64,000 nucleotides of DNA from Octopus sinensis (Eukaryota), in the NCBI RefSeq assembly GCF_006345805.1, contig NC_043007.1, positions 372,001-436,000 of the forward strand. Direction: 5' to 3'. Below the pieces are notes generated by a model. That model did not search any database, had not been told where the DNA came from, and saw only the letters and a list, made by a program, of their open reading frames with translations. Both the position numbers and the translations under genes were made by a program. Within the stretch, counting starts at the first letter, position 1. Each line of letters begins with the position of its first letter. Positions 59,076 through 64,000 of the stretch are shown here, piece by piece.

Positions 59076-61960
59076 TAGGCTGAGTATTCCAGATATGTGC
59101 TGTATTGATGCATCAAAGATGGTCCTGTGAATTACTAATATAATCCATAGATACAAAAGTAAAGATAGACATATAGACGCTTGGACTAATACTTTATTTA
59201 TCGATCTTAGAAAGTTGAAATTTAGGATATTGACTCTGCGGGATTTGAACACAAAACACTAGAACAAATATAGCCGAACTAAATAATAATAATTATTATT
59301 ATACAAGGTTTCTCATACTTCACAAAATGAACAAAAAGATCATATGTCAGAGACTTTGCCGACAAAGAAAAGACGATACAGTAAACCTCGATAATCCCGG
59401 GTGCTACGTTCGAAAACGTCTCATCCTTGTCTTCCATTTTAATCTTTCTAATCTCATGTGGCCTAAATTATATCCAACCTGGAATCGTCATCATCATCAT
59501 CATCTTCATCATCCAGTGTTTTAAATCCGGGTTTTGTCCCCGTTAACAGGGGTGGCCGGATCTGCCTCAATGCCATAGCAACCGAGGCAGGCTGGTGCAG
59601 CCCACTCCAAACTTTCGACTAGCTGGTGCCCATTCTCCTATGCTGTCATGAGGCTTTTTTAGAGCTGGATTTTCTACAGGGAGCATGCCCTTGCTTACCC
59701 CCAACCTCAGTTTCTAGACATGAGTGGTCCCGAGACCAAGGCCTCTACCATGATTTTTAAGAAATGTGGTGGAAAACTAGCTCAGGAAAGCAAGGATAGG
59801 ACGCTACTCCCTGAGACCCCTTTTGGAAGTAAACTTTGCCTTTCCTCCTTTCGAGGTCGATAAATTAAGTACCAGTTGCCCTTCCCGCAAAATTTCGGGC
59901 CTTGTGCCTAGAGTAGAAGAGGGTGTAAGTGCCGGGTTTAAAAAAATAAATAAATTCTGGCGTCGATCGCTTATAACCTTCAAGGCGGGGTCCGACTATG
60001 ATCCAAGCAAAAGATAAAACTCATGCCAGTCATTGGAATTACCGCAGACGGTAGAGTGTGATTAGAAGATTTAGCTGTTATTTTCAGCATAACAAATTGC
60101 CCTTTTAGTGTTCTTTTATCGAGAATTGATCGGTAAAATCAAATCAAGCGTGATTCGAACGCTAAACATAGAATAACAATATTATTTATTAAAAGTACTG
60201 TAATATAGTCGTCCTTCAACCGTCTTTCCATAAAGACCACCTTCTATGAAGCAGATAATAGTGCATCGATCGATTTCATAATATTCACTCGGGAATTCTA
60301 AATATTAAATTTACTTCAAACCGCGGCTTTGATTTATTTCCATTATATTACGACAGCCTTTTAATTCATTTAGGCTAAAATAACTAATTAGCATTGTGCT
60401 CCTTTGCGTTGTAAATACTTTGATATCTGACTTGTACGGCTTACTTCTTTTTTTCTGTTTTTCTTCTTCATAGATTCCCAACGAACCATCATCAGAAAAA
60501 AAAAATCCTCAGAATATTTGCTTCCAAATTAGATATTTTTCTTCTTTTATATAAAAACGGAAAACGGACATAAAACTATAGATGAAAGCATTTCCAAACG
60601 GCAGAGATTATTTTGACAGTATTTCTTTAGTATATAATTACGAAATCAATTCGTTTTTCTCTACCATTAACCCCTTCTGTTTATAATATCTGATATTTAT
60701 TACGCCAGATTGGCGACTCTTAGACTGAACACTGTTGTTACAACTTTCAATTGGTTCAACGGCAAATAGCCATTGAGGTATTTCAATAATTAAACGTATC
60801 TGCGTTGTTTCAAACCATGATTTTGACTACCGCGCAGGTTTCATGTATAGCCGACAATTATATACACGTGCTGGGAAATGCCGTATCAATTGAATATCCA
60901 TTACTATCATTAATAAAAAAAAAGCAATGCAAGTTAAGAACAAAGCGAAAGCGTTAATGAAATGTCTGTATGGTGGGGATATGAGATATGTTTAATACGA
61001 TTATATGTTTTTCTCTGTTATTATTCTCTTACGTATTTCGTGATGAAATATATTTCTTTAATATTTATCTATACTACATTTAGAAATCAATGTCGAAAAT
61101 TTGTATCGACGTTAGTATTATGTATAAATCGATGAACAAAAATATCTCTCAACGTATTATGATATATATCGATGAATCAAAATTCCTGATAACGATCCGA
61201 AATCAAACCAATCGAAATATCGAGTATATTTTAGTATTAAAATAAATTGCTTAATTGTACTAAATTATTGTTTCCTCTAATTGACAAAGAAAGTAATAGA
61301 ATAAAATCTCATAAATTTAAGAATAATTCCTTCCTCTCGTATAATTATACTCTAAAACAGCCGCACGCGCTCACACACTCACACACGCATATACATACAC
61401 AAAAATACGTATTAATTATTAAGAAAAAAGGAGGTAGTTAGGATATTGGATAATTATTTATTATACGATTTCATCTCTTTTGAAATATCAAAGTAAAATG
61501 AAGAATGATCTCTGCATAGAATACTACATTATTTAAAAATGTGTTTACTTAAATATCGAACAGAACGAAGCGAAGTAAATTGTCCCTAGCAAGATTTGAA
61601 CACAGAATGAAAAGATTTGGGACGACTCTTGCAAGTTAATCTAGCCGATAATCTAATAACTCTGTTACTTGGTCGTGTTAGACGTACGTGGCAGATAAAT
61701 CAAGGGAGACTTTCAGGAGACTACATTCAATAAAATCGTAATATTTCAAACAAGGGTTTTATTTTCAGGAGAAAGCAAAAGGTTTTTCATGGTCATTTGA
61801 ACACCAGAATCTATTGTGTCTAATATATTCATCTCTGTGAAGAGAGACATTTTCCGAAGCGTCAAACGCTTATCATTCAACGCCAAATGAACTCAAGAAT
61901 ATATATATATATATATATAATATATATATATATATATAATATATATATTATATATATATA

Positions 61961-62055
<95 letters not shown>

Positions 62056-62149
62056 TCCAAACAGATATAGACACAAACATTCACATCATATGTGTGCGTA
62101 TTTATAAGCATAGATATAGACTTATTGACATCTGTATGTATATTCTTTC

Positions 62150-62403
62150 ACTTGTTTGAGTAATTTGACAGCGGCTAACCTGGAGCACCGCCTTTAGTCG
62201 AAAAAATCACCCTCAGAACTTGTAAGCCCAATGCTTATTTATCGGCTTCTATTGCCGAATGTTACAGGGACGTAGACACGCCAACATCGGTTGTCATCCG
62301 ATGATGGGGGATAAACACAGACACACAAATACATACATACATATATGTATGTGTATATATATATAAATATAAGTATATATATATATATATATATAATATA
62401 TAT

Positions 62404-62466
<63 letters not shown>

Positions 62467-62597
62467 GATGAGCTTCTTTGTGTTTTCGTCTACTAAATCT
62501 ACTCTCAAGGCTTCCACTTGCCCAAGGGGCCACGCAGTAAGCCTGAACCCAGAACCACGTAGTTGGGAAGCAAGCTTCTTACCACTCAGCCACGCCT
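62150..62597 (-). mobile_element. SINE family S3, diverged, with internal TA tract
   Basis: Tail CCTGGAGCACCGCCTTTAGTCG and head AAGCAAGCTTCTTACCACTCAGCCA are present. Confidence 0.75.
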
Positions 62598-63209
62598 GGA
62601 ACGCATATGTAAAACGAGAATTCGGTTAAATGCCTCACAAGAGTGAACGAAAGAGGCGCTGCTTATACCGTTGAGCCTCAAGACGTAATCGTTGCAGTAC
62701 AAAAGCAAATAATGATTTTTATATGATGTAAATACACGACTAACACATATATATATTCAGCACACACACTCACACGTTGTAGCGTTTCCATTGATATTGG
62801 TACAATGGGAGTGGAGTACTTTTATATGTAATACTCTAGCATGATAAATATATATATAATTGTTTTTTTTACGATTAGAGAGATTTACATTTTTTAAAAT
62901 TTAAATTTTAATCATGCAGCGATCAATACGAATTTAGTTTCCTATTAAGGAACTCCATAACGTCGATCAAATGATATTTGCAACAGAATATATGAAATGC
63001 ATACAAAAATTATTTTGTAATAAAATAAAGAAATACACATTGTATATATATTTATATATTAATGTATACTTTGAAATAGGTTGTGTATGCATGCATTTCT
63101 CTCTCTCTCTCTTTCTCTCTATATATAATATATGATAGATAGATTTATAAATATATTCGTGTATCTATCTATTCTTTATTCTTGTATACGTTTCAACCCT
63201 TAGGCTGGA

Positions 63210-63244
<35 letters not shown>

Positions 63245-63811
63245 ATTCAGCAGTATCAGCTACAATGAGTGTTAAACCATAAGCTAATTCTAGCTTACTT
63301 AAAATAGGTTTGTGACATATTTTACCTTCTATAGGTTACGGTAGAGTAAAAACACCGTTCCTACCAAGTGCTGCTACCCACGTCGAATTCTCAGACGTGT
63401 TTCTAGCTCTTTAACACCTATCAATGGGAAATGTCGAGCAAAGGCAACACTGGACACATTTCGTAAAAGCCGCGGCTTTAACTAAAACTGAGTGAAAAAC
63501 ATCGATTGAGATGCGCCATTAGACCGCCTGGTCGAAAACATTTCTAGAGTATCAGCGACCAGCATTGTTTAGGCTGTAATTTCTTTTAATTTTGTTATGG
63601 GTGTCCAGTGTTGCTTCCCCTCGGTATTGATAACATTAAAAAGAACTAGAAACGCGTCAGGGAACCCGAGAGGGGGCAACACAGGACACATATGATGCTT
63701 TTACACCTTTGTACCATAAGAGAGAAATTTCTCTCCGCGGTAACCGCAGGCAATTTCCATTTTGAAGTTGAAATATGTCAGAAAAATATTACAAGTAACC
63801 TAATGCTCGCT

Positions 63812-63872
<61 letters not shown>

Positions 63873-63874
63873 CT

Positions 63875-64000
63875 GAGCGAGATGTAAACAGTAGCAATAC
63901 GGAATCGTAACATATAATTCCCAACTAAGTGTGACGCCCTATACGGGATAATGCTACGGACTTTTATAACCCCAGGAAGACATCTCTTCCAGCTGACTAG
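63875..64000 (-). repeat. Diverged relative of the 350-bp retrozyme unit, running off the window end
   Basis: ATGCTACGGACTTTTATAACCCCAGGAAGACATCTCTTCCAGCTG vs ATGCTACTGTAGTTTTTAACCCCAGGAGGACACACTCCTCCAGCTG (6875-6920). Upstream ACAGTAGC...ATCGT also matches. Confidence 0.65.

Overview
Eukaryotic, AT-rich, microsatellite-dense non-coding DNA. The SINE families and repeat content look like a coleoid cephalopod, probably Octopus (recognised from memory, not searched). No intact protein-coding gene can be supported. Most listed ORFs are microsatellite translations, and the recognisable ones are decayed transposon pieces: four Tc1/mariner remnants, CR1/L2-group and RTE LINE fragments, a non-autonomous Helitron and a hAT-like MITE. 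There are also dozens of tRNA-derived SINEs, a 1.9-kb tandem duplication, a 100-N gap and a few speculative exons. The main unexplained signal is RNA structure. By hand I can fold 19 type I hammerhead ribozyme (HHR) motifs, plus one weak candidate, from at least 8 unrelated repeat families. (1) A ~345-350-bp tandem repeat carries one hammerhead per unit, a retrozyme-like architecture. It occurs as two head-to-head arrays (6830-7375 minus, 8231-9368 plus), shares ~55 bp with the Helitron, and has a diverged relative at the window end with a compensatory stem change. (2) Three fold-back elements (23.4-23.8, 39.6-41.8 and 44.4-45.1 kb) have hammerheads near their outer ends, always pointing outward. 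(3) Dispersed Penelope-like tails carry minimal hammerheads with recurrent non-canonical cores: CCGANGA in 4 copies, CUGURGA in 3 copies, and a U3-A8 covariant. Retrozymes and Penelope-associated hammerheads are known classes. I cannot check whether these families and core variants have been described. Paired copies differ mainly by homopolymer indels, which suggests imperfect long-read polishing, so single-base claims made from one copy are tentative. Repeat boundaries are approximate unless given to the base.
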